In this document: positions 19,311-29,971 of the stretch, piece by piece
Layout of the letters: each line of letters starts with the position of its first letter
Position numbering within the stretch: position 1 is the stretch's first letter
From: an uncultured Bacilli bacterium
GTDB lineage: Bacteria > Bacillota_I > Bacilli_A > RF39 > UBA660
DNA length: 36,254 nucleotides
Direction: 5' to 3'
Assembly: GCA_944358805.1 (NCBI GenBank)
Contig: CALVSD010000003.1
Location: 1-36,254, forward strand
The notes under the pieces: model-generated
Seen by the model: the letters and a program-made list of their open reading frames with translations, nothing else
Databases searched by the model: none
Told to the model about the DNA's origin: nothing
Program-made: the position numbers and the translations under genes

Positions 19311-19706
19311 ATGAAAGAAAAATTTCCGTATTTTTATAAATTAATATGTATAAATAAACTATATTTTAAAGGAGACAATCTAAGAATCAAGAATTATAAT
19401 GATTTAGAAGAAATTAATAATCTAATTTATATTTTATATCAAAGTATAAAGGATTTAGATGATATAAATTCTTTAATAGAAGTTGTATTAAATGTAACTG
19501 GAAAAATATTATATATGCAACCATTTTATGATGGCAATAGTAGAACTTTAAAAGATTTCATTAAATCAATCTTTAAATCATTAAAATATGATATTGAGAT
19601 AAATGAAAATGACTATATTATTCCAATTCTTTTTGAAGAAGAACAATGTACAGAAGAAGAATTAAACTTTTTCAAAAAGAAAGTATTCCTAAAAAAAGAA
19701 GTATAA
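19311..19706 (+). CDS. Fic/Doc-domain protein with non-canonical active-site motif
   Basis: QPFYDGNSRTLK aligns to HPFxDGNGRxxR. Own sigA promoter TAGACT(19265)-17-TAAAAT(19288); RBS GGTGA and ATG 19311. Confidence 0.7.
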   Translation: MKEKFPYFYKLICINKLYFKGDNLRIKNYNDLEEINNLIYILYQSIKDLDDINSLIEVVLNVTGKILYMQPFYDGNSRTLKDFIKSIFKSLKYDIEINENDYIIPILFEEEQCTEEELNFFKKKVFLKKEV

Positions 19707-19710
19707 ACTT

Positions 19711-20382
19711 CTATAAATTGATTTTTTTATACATTCTTATTTTTAAATATGTTTTAATTCTATGATGATAATGATTTTTAGGAATTAATTTATACAATAT
19801 CTTTAGTTTGTTTAATTCATCACCATATTTTTCTTTAAAAAGTTTATCTTGATTATTTAAAAGAATAGGACCAAAATAAATCTTTCTTCTATTATAATAA
19901 CGCCTTCCTTTACTAAAACATATAATTGTATATATAATTCCAGCATCTTTAACTAATTTTTCATCTTTTATGTAGTACCCTATTTTCGTTATTTTATATC
20001 TTAAAAAATCAATATGATTATTACTTTGTACTATAATATTGTTAACATTCTTAAGTTTTGCTAAATTTTTATATAATATTCCAACAATAGTATGAGACCC
20101 CATTCCTGAAAGCACAACAGTATCTATTTCTTCTGCATTAATATTATCTAGACCATTACTAATTCTATAACTAATAATATTTTCTAGTTTATGTTTTTTT
20201 ATATTACATATTGCATTATCTAATGCATTCTTATTAATATCACTAGCTATTATAGTGATATTTTTTCTATTTTGTGCTAAATATATATCAAGAAGTCCAT
20301 GATCACATCCAATATCAACTAATTTTGCATTATCATCAACATAACTAGCCACTGTTTCTAATCTTTTTGAAAGTTTAATCAT
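19711..20382 (-). CDS. trmK: tRNA (adenine22-N1)-methyltransferase
   Basis: [30 protein letters not shown]; lies after sigA as in Bacilli. Confidence 0.93.
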   Translation of the reverse strand: MIKLSKRLETVASYVDDNAKLVDIGCDHGLLDIYLAQNRKNITIIASDINKNALDNAICNIKKHKLENIISYRISNGLDNINAEEIDTVVLSGMGSHTIVGILYKNLAKLKNVNNIIVQSNNHIDFLRYKITKIGYYIKDEKLVKDAGIIYTIICFSKGRRYYNRRKIYFGPILLNNQDKLFKEKYGDELNKLKILYKLIPKNHYHHRIKTYLKIRMYKKINL

Positions 20383-21472
20383 TTAAGAAATCCTTTAATT
20401 TTCTACTTCTTGAAGGATGGCGTAACTTTCTTAAAGCTTTAGCTTCTATTTGTCTAATTCTTTCTCTTGTAACTCCAAACATTTGGCCTACTTCTTCTAA
20501 TGTTTTACATGATCCATCATCAAGTCCAAATCTAAGTCTTAATACTTGTTCTTCTCTTTCTGTTAAAGTAAGTAAAACATCGGAAATTTCATCTTTTAAA
20601 AGTTCATGAATAGTAAATTCTTCTGGAGACATGCTTCTTTCATCCTTAACAAAATCTCCTAAATGAGAATCATCTTCTTCTCCTATTGGAGTTTCTAAGC
20701 TTACTGGTTCTTGAGCAATTTTTACTACTTCTCTGATTTTATCAACTGAAAGTCCCATCTTTTTAGCAAGTTCTTCATCTGTAGGTTCTCTGTTTAATTC
20801 AAGAGTTAGTTGTCTTTGACATCTAGATAATTTATTTATTGTTTCAACCATATGAACTGGAACTCTTATAGTTCTTGCTTGGTCTGCTATTGCTCTTGTT
20901 ATTGCTTGTCTAATCCACCATGTTGCGTAAGTAGAAAATTTATATCCTTTATCTGCATCAAATTTTTCTACTGCTTTCATAAGTCCAATATTACCTTCTT
21001 GAATTAAATCTAAAAATAACATTCCTCTACCTACATATCTTTTAGCAATAGATACTACTAAACGTAAATTAGATTCTGCTAATTTGTTTTTAGCTTCTTC
21101 ATCACCTTCGGCAACTCTTGCTGATAATGCTGTTTCTTCTTCAAGAGATAACAAACTAATTTTACCAATTTCTTTTAAATACATTCTAACTGGATCATTA
21201 ATAGTTAATTCTTTAGCTATATTACTATCTTGTAATATAAGTTCTAAATCCTCTCCTCCATTTGCTTCTTCATTATCATCCATATCTTCTTCAGTTACTA
21301 TTTGGACATTATTTTCAATTAAACTATTGTATAAATCATCAAGAGCATCACTATCTAATTCTAATCCTTTAAGTTCACTTGCTAATTGTTCATAAGTAAT
21401 AAAACCTGTTTCTTTACCTTTCTTAATTAACGCTTCTTTTCTTGCTTCAAAACTTTTAATTTCTTCTATCAT
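20375..21472 (-). CDS. sigA: RNA polymerase primary sigma factor
   Basis: [85 protein letters not shown]. Confidence 0.98.
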   Translation of the reverse strand: MIEEIKSFEARKEALIKKGKETGFITYEQLASELKGLELDSDALDDLYNSLIENNVQIVTEEDMDDNEEANGGEDLELILQDSNIAKELTINDPVRMYLKEIGKISLLSLEEETALSARVAEGDEEAKNKLAESNLRLVVSIAKRYVGRGMLFLDLIQEGNIGLMKAVEKFDADKGYKFSTYATWWIRQAITRAIADQARTIRVPVHMVETINKLSRCQRQLTLELNREPTDEELAKKMGLSVDKIREVVKIAQEPVSLETPIGEEDDSHLGDFVKDERSMSPEEFTIHELLKDEISDVLLTLTEREEQVLRLRFGLDDGSCKTLEEVGQMFGVTRERIRQIEAKALRKLRHPSRSRKLKDFLND

Positions 21473-23184
21473 TATTTCACTCCCTTTACAGCCATTATTT
21501 CACTAAGTATTTCAGCTTGTTTTAATGGATCATTTTCTTCTTTAAGACTTTTTTCAAGTTTACTAATTTTACTCTTTTTAAAATATTTCTTGATTACTGT
21601 TATATAATCCTCTATTTCTAAATTAGTATACTCATCTTTCAAATTCATATTTAATATTTCATATAAAACTTTTAACAATTCTTCTTTAGATGATATAAAA
21701 CTAATAAAGTCCGCAACATCTATTTTACCATATTTATGATAAAAGCAAATAATTTCATTAGATAAAAATCTAATTTCCATAGTAGGGAAATAACTTATAT
21801 TATTCTCTACTTGTTTAACTACATCGTCACTTTTTAACATATAATAGATTAAACTTCTTTCTGCTTTTTCATAAACAGTAAGTCCTTTTTTATTTATTTT
21901 TACTACTTTTATTTCCTTTTTATCATCTTTATTATTATAAGTTTCATATTTCTTTTTTAACAATTCATAATCTATATTATATTCAATTGATAATTTTTTT
22001 AAAGTAAGTTCTACTAATATTTCATCATTTACTTTAGTAAGTTCTCTTATTGAATTATCAATATAATTTGATATATCTTCTAAATTATTAAAGTTTTTAT
22101 TTTTCTTTAATAATTCTAATTTGTATTCTACTACATTTATAGCTTTTTCTATTTTGCTAACAAATGCTTCTTTACCATTTTTTATTATATATTCATCAGG
22201 ATCTAAATCATTTTCTAATCTAATTATTTTTGGATTTATACCAATTGCTTCTAAAACATTAATTGCAGATATTGTTGCATCTTCTCCAGCTTTATCACCA
22301 TCAAAACATAAAATTACATTATCTGTCATTTTTCTTACAATAGTTGCTTGTTCTTTAGTAAAAGCAGTTCCCATAGTAGCAACACAGTTATTAATTCCTA
22401 CAGTAGACGCTCTAATAACGTCCATAAATCCTTCCATAATTATAACATAATCATTTTTCTTTAAGTGTTCTCTCGCATTATGATAATTATATAGTAAATT
22501 TCCTTTTTTGAAAATAGGAGTTTCTTTAGTGTTTATATATTTACTGCTATCTTTCATATTATATATACGGCCTGAAAAAGCCACTACATTACCACTTAAA
22601 TCAAATAAAGGAAACATTATTCTATTTAAAAACAAATCATTAGATAAAGTATTAGATAATCCTAATTCTATTAATTTATCTAGTTTTATACCTTTATTTA
22701 TAAGTAAATTAGTAAGAGTACTTTTATTTAATGAAAGACCTATACCAAATTTCTTAACAATTTCTCTACTTAATCCTCTTTTTTCTAAATATTCTATTGC
22801 ATTCTTACCTAAACTACTATTTAAATTATTTTGATAAAATTTACTTGCTATTTCATATATCTTATAATCCACACTTCTAGTATCTACTTTTTCATTTGTA
22901 GTTAAATTATATCCTAATTTATTACCTAAGAGTTTTACTGCTTCAATAAAACTTATATGTTCATATTCTGAAACAAAAGTAAATACATTACCAGTAGCTC
23001 CACAAGAAAAACATGTATATATTTGTTTTTCAGGGCTAACACTCATACTAGGAGAATGATCATCATGAAATGGGCATACTCCAAAATAGTTTTTGCCTCT
23101 CTTAGTAAGGGGTACATAATTTGATATTACACTTATAATATCACTTTTATTTCTAATTTCATTAATAATATCATTATTAATCAC
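21472..23184 (-). CDS. dnaG: DNA primase
   Basis: Zinc ribbon CPFH...[23 protein letters not shown] and FDGDKAG, DPDE; GTG start; stop overlaps the sigA start. Confidence 0.97.
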   Translation of the reverse strand: MINNDIINEIRNKSDIISVISNYVPLTKRGKNYFGVCPFHDDHSPSMSVSPEKQIYTCFSCGATGNVFTFVSEYEHISFIEAVKLLGNKLGYNLTTNEKVDTRSVDYKIYEIASKFYQNNLNSSLGKNAIEYLEKRGLSREIVKKFGIGLSLNKSTLTNLLINKGIKLDKLIELGLSNTLSNDLFLNRIMFPLFDLSGNVVAFSGRIYNMKDSSKYINTKETPIFKKGNLLYNYHNAREHLKKNDYVIIMEGFMDVIRASTVGINNCVATMGTAFTKEQATIVRKMTDNVILCFDGDKAGEDATISAINVLEAIGINPKIIRLENDLDPDEYIIKNGKEAFVSKIEKAINVVEYKLELLKKNKNFNNLEDISNYIDNSIRELTKVNDEILVELTLKKLSIEYNIDYELLKKKYETYNNKDDKKEIKVVKINKKGLTVYEKAERSLIYYMLKSDDVVKQVENNISYFPTMEIRFLSNEIICFYHKYGKIDVADFISFISSKEELLKVLYEILNMNLKDEYTNLEIEDYITVIKKYFKKSKISKLEKSLKEENDPLKQAEILSEIMAVKGVK

Positions 23185-23207
23185 GAGACCACCCCACTAT
23201 ATAATAA

Positions 23208-24233
23208 TTACTTAATAAACATAGAATCTCCAAAAGAGAAAAAACGATATTTTTCTTTAACAGCTTCTTTATAAGCATTTAAAATAATGTCTTTACTAGC
23301 TAAAGCACTAACTAACATAATTAATGTAGACTTAGGTAAATGAAAATTTGTTATTAAACTATCTACTGCTTTAAATTTATATCCAGGATATATGAATATA
23401 TCAGTCCATCCATTACATTTACAAAATTTATTATATTTATTCATTACTGTTTCTAAAACTCTAACTGATGTTGTACCAACACTAATAATTTTTCTTCCTT
23501 CTTCTTTAGCTTTGTTTAGTGTATTAGCAACTTCTTCATCCATTTCGTAATATTCTGAATGCATCTTATGATTAGTTACATCTTCTACCGTTACTGGCCT
23601 AAAAGTTCCAAGACCAACATGTAGAGTTACATAACAAATTTTAACACCTTTATTTTTAATATTTTCAAGAAGTTCTTTAGTAAAATGTAGACCTGCAGTT
23701 GGAGCAGCAGCACTACCAATATTTTTAGCATATACAGTTTGATATCTATCTTTATCTTCTAATTTTTCCTTAATATAAGGTGGTAGAGGCATTGTTCCTA
23801 GTTTATCTAATAATTCATAAAATATTCCATCATAGATAAATTGAAATTCTCTTATTCCATCTTCTTTCACACTTATACATTTAGCTTTTAATAAACCATC
23901 TCCAAAAGATATTACAGTTCCTTCTTTTACCCTTTTACCAGGTCTTACTAAACATGACCAAATATCATCTTTAATATTTTTTAAAAGTAATACTTCTATA
24001 TGTGCTAAAGTATCTTCCTTTACTCCAAAAAGTCTTGCAGGCATTACTTTGGTATCATTAAGTACAAGGACATCCCCTGGATTTAACAAATCAACTATAT
24101 CACTAAATATATGATGTGATAATTCTCCCGTTTGTTTATCTACTACCATTAACCTTGAACTATCCCTTTTAACAATTGGTGTTTGTGCAATTAACTCTTC
24201 TGGTAATTCAAAATCAAAATCATCTGTTTTCAT
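23208..24233 (-). CDS. queA: S-adenosylmethionine:tRNA ribosyltransferase-isomerase
   Basis: [62 protein letters not shown]. Extended -10 TGGTATAAT at 24258-24266. Confidence 0.97.
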   Translation of the reverse strand: MKTDDFDFELPEELIAQTPIVKRDSSRLMVVDKQTGELSHHIFSDIVDLLNPGDVLVLNDTKVMPARLFGVKEDTLAHIEVLLLKNIKDDIWSCLVRPGKRVKEGTVISFGDGLLKAKCISVKEDGIREFQFIYDGIFYELLDKLGTMPLPPYIKEKLEDKDRYQTVYAKNIGSAAAPTAGLHFTKELLENIKNKGVKICYVTLHVGLGTFRPVTVEDVTNHKMHSEYYEMDEEVANTLNKAKEEGRKIISVGTTSVRVLETVMNKYNKFCKCNGWTDIFIYPGYKFKAVDSLITNFHLPKSTLIMLVSALASKDIILNAYKEAVKEKYRFFSFGDSMFIK

Positions 24234-24344
24234 ATAAAATCACCCGTAACTTCGTATATTATACCACAAAAAAAGAAAATATTTATATTTTTCTTTAAAA
24301 ATTTAATATATTTAATTAATTAATCAATAAACAAACTATTATTT

Positions 24345-25826
24345 TTAGTTTTTATATTTTATATTATAAACGGAAGGGCCAAACAAAACATTTCCATCAA
24401 TATCAAATCTTGACCCATGACATGGACAATCCCAAGTCTTATCTACATTATTAAAAACTAAATTACATTTAAGATGAGGACATTTTATATATACCATGTG
24501 CTTAATATTTTTCTTATCTGTGTATATTCCAACTTTTTGACCATTAATAACCTTTATTTCTACATTTTTAGGATAAAAAACATAATTACTTTTTATCTTT
24601 GTAAGTATATAAGATTTAGCATTTAAATAATTATAAATAATTAAATTTTTTACTTTATCTTTAGTAATATTTCTATGTAGACTAAACAATTCAATATATT
24701 GATTATCTTTATTTAATATAATATCTGATAAAATTTTACCAGCAATTGTACCATTAGTCATTCCCCATTTATTAAATCCTGTTGCAATTAATAAACTATT
24801 ATCATTTTTATAAACACTTCCTATATAAGGAAGATGATCAGGAGTCATTATATCATGATTTAAAAAATAATATTTAATATCTTTATCTATATATTTTTTA
24901 TAATCATTAATTAATTCTTTATATCTTTTTTCTGCATCATAATGATTAGAAGTAAAATGAGAATTTCCCGCATAAATAATATAATCTTTATCTGAATTAG
25001 TATAATATCTTATTGAATATATAGGATTTTCATTAGATATAGCAATAAACTTTTTATTAGTTTTAGTAATTCCTGATAATACATAAGATTTTTCTATACT
25101 ACTTTTTAATGGTATCATGCCAGGTATTACAAAAAATGGATAATGCGTACATACAATTACTTTTTTCGCAAGTATTACACCATTATCAGTATTTACTTCA
25201 TAGTAGTTATCTTTTTTTGTTAATTTAATTGCTCTAGTATTTTCATATATACATACTTTAGATTCTAACAATATTTTTCTAATTCCCATTAAATATTTTA
25301 TGGGATGAAATACACATCCATAGTTAATTTTTATTCCATATTTAACTGATAAATTATTAGGAAGTTTACTTACTACTTTATATTTAATATTATTCTTATT
25401 ATAAAATTCTTCTTCTTTTTTAAAATTCTCTATTTTATTTATATCATTAGTAAAAACATATGAACTTACATTTTCTAAATTACACTCTATGTTATTTCTA
25501 GATATTATATTTTTAACTATTCTAACAGCATCTTTACAAGAATTCAAATATTTAAGTGCTACTTCATCATTAAAATTACTAGATAATTTACTATATATTA
25601 AATCTTGCATAAACGTAAGCTTTCCTGTAGTATTCGCACTAACACCATGGCCACATATATCTTTATCTATTAAAGTTACTTTATATTTACTATTTCTTAA
25701 GAAATATGCTGTAGTAAGTCCCGCAATACCTCCTCCAATTATTAATATATCAGTAGTTATATTTTTATCTAATTTATTTAACACTCTTTTTCTAATATTA
25801 CATTCCCAAATACTCTTATTTTCCAT
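24345..25826 (-). CDS. yhfW: FAD-dependent oxidoreductase with C-terminal Rieske [2Fe-2S] domain (YhfW-like)
   Basis: IIGGGIAGL, TPDHLPYIG, TGFNKWGMTNG, Rieske boxes CPHLKC and WDCPCHGSRF. Start moved to ATG 25826 (MENKSIW; RBS GGTGA), which removes the overlap with the upstream gene. Confidence 0.88.
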   Translation of the reverse strand: MENKSIWECNIRKRVLNKLDKNITTDILIIGGGIAGLTTAYFLRNSKYKVTLIDKDICGHGVSANTTGKLTFMQDLIYSKLSSNFNDEVALKYLNSCKDAVRIVKNIISRNNIECNLENVSSYVFTNDINKIENFKKEEEFYNKNNIKYKVVSKLPNNLSVKYGIKINYGCVFHPIKYLMGIRKILLESKVCIYENTRAIKLTKKDNYYEVNTDNGVILAKKVIVCTHYPFFVIPGMIPLKSSIEKSYVLSGITKTNKKFIAISNENPIYSIRYYTNSDKDYIIYAGNSHFTSNHYDAEKRYKELINDYKKYIDKDIKYYFLNHDIMTPDHLPYIGSVYKNDNSLLIATGFNKWGMTNGTIAGKILSDIILNKDNQYIELFSLHRNITKDKVKNLIIYNYLNAKSYILTKIKSNYVFYPKNVEIKVINGQKVGIYTDKKNIKHMVYIKCPHLKCNLVFNNVDKTWDCPCHGSRFDIDGNVLFGPSVYNIKYKN

Positions 25827-25871
25827 ATTATTCACCATTATTATTATGTAAAATAATAATATTATTATAAT

Positions 25872-25899
25872 AAAAAAGTTATCCCAACTAAGATAACTT
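25872..25899 (-). terminator. Intrinsic terminator overlapping the stop of the 25888-27339 gene
   Basis: AAGTTATC (25876-25883) / GATAACTT (25892-25899) plus U-run on the minus strand. Confidence 0.65.
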
Positions 25900-27339
25900 C
25901 TTTTCAAATAATATAAAACTTTCATCTTCATATAATTTTATATAATCATCACTATATAAAAATACTGTATATAAAGAATTCTCTTTATTTAATATAATAT
26001 GTGTTATATCATAAAATTCTATTATTTCATTATAATTAACACCATGTTTCATATAGTCATCAAATATATCATAAGATAGTCCACTAAACTCTCTTGTATA
26101 TAAATCAGCTCTTGAATCTATAAATACAGGAATTCCTCTAAATAATAAATAACTTCCATAATTATATTCATTAAATAATCTTATATTTTTATAATCTAAG
26201 TTATTAATTATATAATCTGATGCTTTAATTGGATAATTTTCATTACTAAAATATTCTTTATCTTTATTGTTATTTATTGTAAATGCTAATAGTGATATTA
26301 ATATAATAGATACAATACATATAGATATTTTACCAGTTATATATTTTATTAATTTATCTACATTTAATTTTGTATTATCTAAAAAATTATTTATTTCATC
26401 TATGAAACAAGGTGCAAACAATATAACAAATAAAGCTACATGTCTATTTGAAGTAAAACTCATTATAGATAAACCAATTACTAAAAATAAATATCTAAGT
26501 TTTGTATGCGATAAGATTCCTAATAGTAAATATTCTGCTAAAAAGATTATTAGATATACTTGTCCTAATACATCTGTACTTTGATGTTCTTTTATATAAT
26601 TTTGAGAATTACCAATCATTGTATTATATAAATAAGTATACGGAGTATCTCCAATTGGAGTAATTAATCCCGTTAATACACTGCATAGCATTATTATTAC
26701 TAAATATTTAACATTATCATTTTTTTCTATCCTTATTCTTCCCCAAAGTATACTTTTCTTTTTAAACAATTTAGCTATAATATATTCTACTATAAAAGGT
26801 AGATATAAAATAAAGTAAAATGGCCATACAGCAACGTGAATATTACATAAAATCAAAGATATTAATATTAAAAATATTGGATATTTCTTTTCTTTAGTTT
26901 GTAAAAACTTCTCTATGAAATAAAATTCTAATGCAAACAATATATAACTAACAAGTTGTGCTCTTGCTGTAGCAAAATTAGAAAGTCCCATAATACTTAT
27001 TATTGATATGAATGCTACACTTAATTCTTTTTTATATAATTTTAAATTAGTATAATATATCGTTAACATAAGTATAATAAATAATATTATTGTAGATATA
27101 TAAATACCTGTAAAAGAAAAGAAATGATAAATTATATATATAAATACATCATAGAACCAATGAGGATAAGTATAAGGAAGTGTATGAATGGAAAAATGAT
27201 CTAACATATCTATTCCATTATTTAATATAAGTTCTCCTAATTTAATTGTATAAAATGTATCATTTTGAAATATTTTAGTTGTAAGAGCAATACATAAAAC
27301 AACTATAATACTTATTATTAATATTCTAAACTTTTTCAT
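25888..27339 (-). CDS. Polytopic membrane protein, GT-C glycosyltransferase-like
   Basis: About 11 TM segments; acidic motif after TM1 (QNDTFYTIKLGELI), RAQ, NIH, C-terminal FNEYNYGSYL...VFIDSRADLY. Own extended -10 TGTTATAAT at 27360-27368. Confidence 0.6.
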   Translation of the reverse strand: MKKFRILIISIIVVLCIALTTKIFQNDTFYTIKLGELILNNGIDMLDHFSIHTLPYTYPHWFYDVFIYIIYHFFSFTGIYISTIILFIILMLTIYYTNLKLYKKELSVAFISIISIMGLSNFATARAQLVSYILFALEFYFIEKFLQTKEKKYPIFLILISLILCNIHVAVWPFYFILYLPFIVEYIIAKLFKKKSILWGRIRIEKNDNVKYLVIIMLCSVLTGLITPIGDTPYTYLYNTMIGNSQNYIKEHQSTDVLGQVYLIIFLAEYLLLGILSHTKLRYLFLVIGLSIMSFTSNRHVALFVILFAPCFIDEINNFLDNTKLNVDKLIKYITGKISICIVSIILISLLAFTINNNKDKEYFSNENYPIKASDYIINNLDYKNIRLFNEYNYGSYLLFRGIPVFIDSRADLYTREFSGLSYDIFDDYMKHGVNYNEIIEFYDITHIILNKENSLYTVFLYSDDYIKLYEDESFILFEKKLS

Positions 27340-27376
27340 AATACCTCTTTTCTATATACATTATAACACAACATAT

Positions 27377-27409
27377 AAAAATATGTTTAAGTTAATTAAA
27401 ACTTAAACA
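27377..27409 (-). terminator. Intrinsic terminator of the 823-aa secreted protein gene
   Basis: Perfect 10-bp stem TGTTTAAGTT (27384-27393) / AACTTAAACA (27400-27409) followed by UAUUUUU. Confidence 0.7.
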
Positions 27410-27421
27410 CATTATTCAATA

Positions 27422-29893
27422 TTAATTTATAGATACTTTGTATGGATCTTCTTCTGTTCCAGTGCCTGAAGAATAAAGAACATCAGACGACAGATTGACA
27501 ACGGGACGAAGTCCTAAAGAAGTAGATAGATAAAGTCCATTAGGCGCAAGTCCTGCAAAGGCAACCCTAGGAACAATATCATTTGAAAAGCTATAAGGTG
27601 ACATTGTCCAAAAACTTTTATCTATGTGCAAATAATACTTATAATTATTTGTTCTAATTTTACCGCCTGCCAATATTGTTTCATCCAAAGTTATAAGAGC
27701 TACAGGATAATCCAAATTTCCATTTCCTAAACTGTTGTTTACTGTAAAACTATCATTCTTATTTTGACATATTAATGATGGATTTTTTTTAGAATCATTT
27801 CTAAAATCAGCTCCATATATGTTATTACCCATGTCAAAGTTATAACCATTACCACTAGTTATCGTTCTATCATTACAAAATATTTCATCACTTAAATAAT
27901 TGGATAATAAATTACCTTGGGAATCTTTTTTATTCAATATATTTTTTTCATACCAATAATCCACTTCATATTTAGCGTTACTATCTAATAAGTTTGAAGT
28001 GGAGCTTTCATAACTCGAGGAAAACAAACCATGTTGTCTTCTAACCGATCCCGTTGTAGAAATAGATGTTCCTACCTTTGTTACCCCTAACATTTCTGTT
28101 ACAATGGGACAATTTACAATTAAATTATTATCTTCTGTCCTTATAGTTGTATTGTTTAAACATGCATACTTATAATCACCAGTGTACTTATACATAGTTG
28201 AAGTAGATCCAATTCCATTAACATCATAGTTATTAGGATCAGTTGCTAAACTTTCCCACATACTATAAATGCAATTATCTCCTACTCCTGTACTACTATC
28301 ATAATTATTACAAGTCATTGTACACGTTTCATCTTCTAAACTACAATTACTATTTAAGTTAAATGAATTAAAAAAATAATATTTAGTTGGATTGGTATAA
28401 GAATATTGAAATTTATTTAAATTATTAACCGAATCTAAACTTACAGAAGGCGTTGTAACTAAATTCATTTCAGAATTGTACATATAACCTACATGAGCAG
28501 AAGCAAAATTATATGGAGTATTTGTTTTTTGCGACACTGCCGTATATAGCGATGAATAACTTCCTTTTGAATTTTTTATCGTTGCATATTTTCCTGTGTG
28601 CGACGCTCCTTCTTCTGCAGAACCTGAATATATCATTCTAATACTACCATTTCCGTTTATTCTTACTATTCTCCATAAACTACCAGCATATTCTACCCAA
28701 TTGTTTTCAACATCTCCCCTGTAGAAATAAGTAAAATTACTATCTATTTCTCCATCATTATTGGTATCTTTACTATAATCATCTACTGTTTTAAACAAAC
28801 CAGTTCTAACTGAGGTACCCCCTATATTTTTATTTGAATATTTATATCCCTTATTAAATTCATATCTATCATTTGCATATCTATATTCATACATTAGATA
28901 TAAAAATTCACAATTACCATTACTTGTGGTATTTAAACAAGTATACTTATATTTACCATTTTTTATATCTTCTTCTGTAGTTATTATATCTTCTATTCCC
29001 CCAGTTTTGGCATTTTTAAAAGTATATGTATATGTAGTATTATTAAAAGATATATTTTGAGGAGAGCCATTCTCACTATTATAAATTACACTTGATTCTT
29101 CTACATAAGTAAATGTTGTATTTGTAGTAGTAGCCATACTACTATTAGAATTAATATCATATTTATATTCAGTTATTAATGGTTCATAATAGTTGGTTGG
29201 TTCTACAGTATCTAAATTAGTTAAATCCAACTTACTAGTCTTACTATCAATATTTAAAAGTGCTGTATCATAATCAGTGTATGAATCACTTCTAATTAAG
29301 CATTCACTAAAACTTGTTATATTATTATATTTACAATAATTAGAATATATTGTTGTTATTTCTGTTGCTTCTGCTCTTACTTTGGTTGATAAAGTTTCTC
29401 CTTCTATATTTTGATTTATATCCATAGATTCATCTAACCATATGTATATTTTAAATAATTGCTTTTCTACTCTAAGCGGTATATTAATTTTTAAACTTAC
29501 TGTATCACCTGTTTTTTGTCCTACAAAATCTCCAAAATTTAATAGTTCACCCTCTGATGTTATTGCCCATTTTAATGCAGGTTCATTTGCTAAATTAGTT
29601 CCAATTGTGGTTATATCTAAATATATATGACCATATATATTCATTGTTTCTGCAATTGGAGATTTCCATAATTCTATTTCTGTTGAAATACCTCCTGTAT
29701 AATCTGTACTAGGCAAAAGTGTTCCTGTTAGTACATCTGTTCCTTTATTATAGTTAATATAAGCATCAAGTCCATTTAAACTTAGTGCTACATCTATATC
29801 TTGATTAGATTTACTATTCCATACAAAGAACGCTAACGTAGATGATATTACTAATATAAATAATATTGCGGTTAATATAATTGTCTTTTTCAT
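27422..29893 (-). CDS. Large secreted Cys-rich surface protein (SipW-type signal peptide; C-terminal DUF6273/C-type-lectin-like region)
   Basis: Signal MKKTIILTAILFILVISSTLAFF; YFYRG.VENNWV...WRIVRINGNGSIRMIY; FWTMSP...GLRPVVNL...GTGTEEDPY; RBS AAAGGAG. Domain names are from pattern recall, not from a search. Confidence 0.7.
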   Translation of the reverse strand: MKKTIILTAILFILVISSTLAFFVWNSKSNQDIDVALSLNGLDAYINYNKGTDVLTGTLLPSTDYTGGISTEIELWKSPIAETMNIYGHIYLDITTIGTNLANEPALKWAITSEGELLNFGDFVGQKTGDTVSLKINIPLRVEKQLFKIYIWLDESMDINQNIEGETLSTKVRAEATEITTIYSNYCKYNNITSFSECLIRSDSYTDYDTALLNIDSKTSKLDLTNLDTVEPTNYYEPLITEYKYDINSNSSMATTTNTTFTYVEESSVIYNSENGSPQNISFNNTTYTYTFKNAKTGGIEDIITTEEDIKNGKYKYTCLNTTSNGNCEFLYLMYEYRYANDRYEFNKGYKYSNKNIGGTSVRTGLFKTVDDYSKDTNNDGEIDSNFTYFYRGDVENNWVEYAGSLWRIVRINGNGSIRMIYSGSAEEGASHTGKYATIKNSKGSYSSLYTAVSQKTNTPYNFASAHVGYMYNSEMNLVTTPSVSLDSVNNLNKFQYSYTNPTKYYFFNSFNLNSNCSLEDETCTMTCNNYDSSTGVGDNCIYSMWESLATDPNNYDVNGIGSTSTMYKYTGDYKYACLNNTTIRTEDNNLIVNCPIVTEMLGVTKVGTSISTTGSVRRQHGLFSSSYESSTSNLLDSNAKYEVDYWYEKNILNKKDSQGNLLSNYLSDEIFCNDRTITSGNGYNFDMGNNIYGADFRNDSKKNPSLICQNKNDSFTVNNSLGNGNLDYPVALITLDETILAGGKIRTNNYKYYLHIDKSFWTMSPYSFSNDIVPRVAFAGLAPNGLYLSTSLGLRPVVNLSSDVLYSSGTGTEEDPYKVSIN

Positions 29894-29919
29894 TCTATTT
29901 CTACTCCTTTATTTTACAC

Positions 29920-29971
29920 AAAAAAACTATAGTAAAACTTTCTAGTCTCCTAGAATTCTACTATAGTTTTT
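29920..29971 (-). terminator. Premature intrinsic terminator (attenuator) in the leader of the secreted protein gene
   Basis: Minus strand AAAAACTATAGTAGAA-TTCTAG-GAGA-CTAGAA-AG-TTTTACTATAGTTTTTTT: long stem, GNRA tetraloop, U7 tail; ends 26 nt before the ATG at 29893. Confidence 0.85.

Noticed and set aside
24234-24344. preQ1 riboswitch upstream of queA
   Set aside because: The promoter lies about 25 nt from the ATG, and there is no preQ1 stem or A-rich tail.
25827-25931. 35-aa hydrophobic N-terminal extension of the YhfW-like ORF
   Set aside because: Overlaps the upstream gene and its terminator; a better RBS and a family-typical start lie at 25826.
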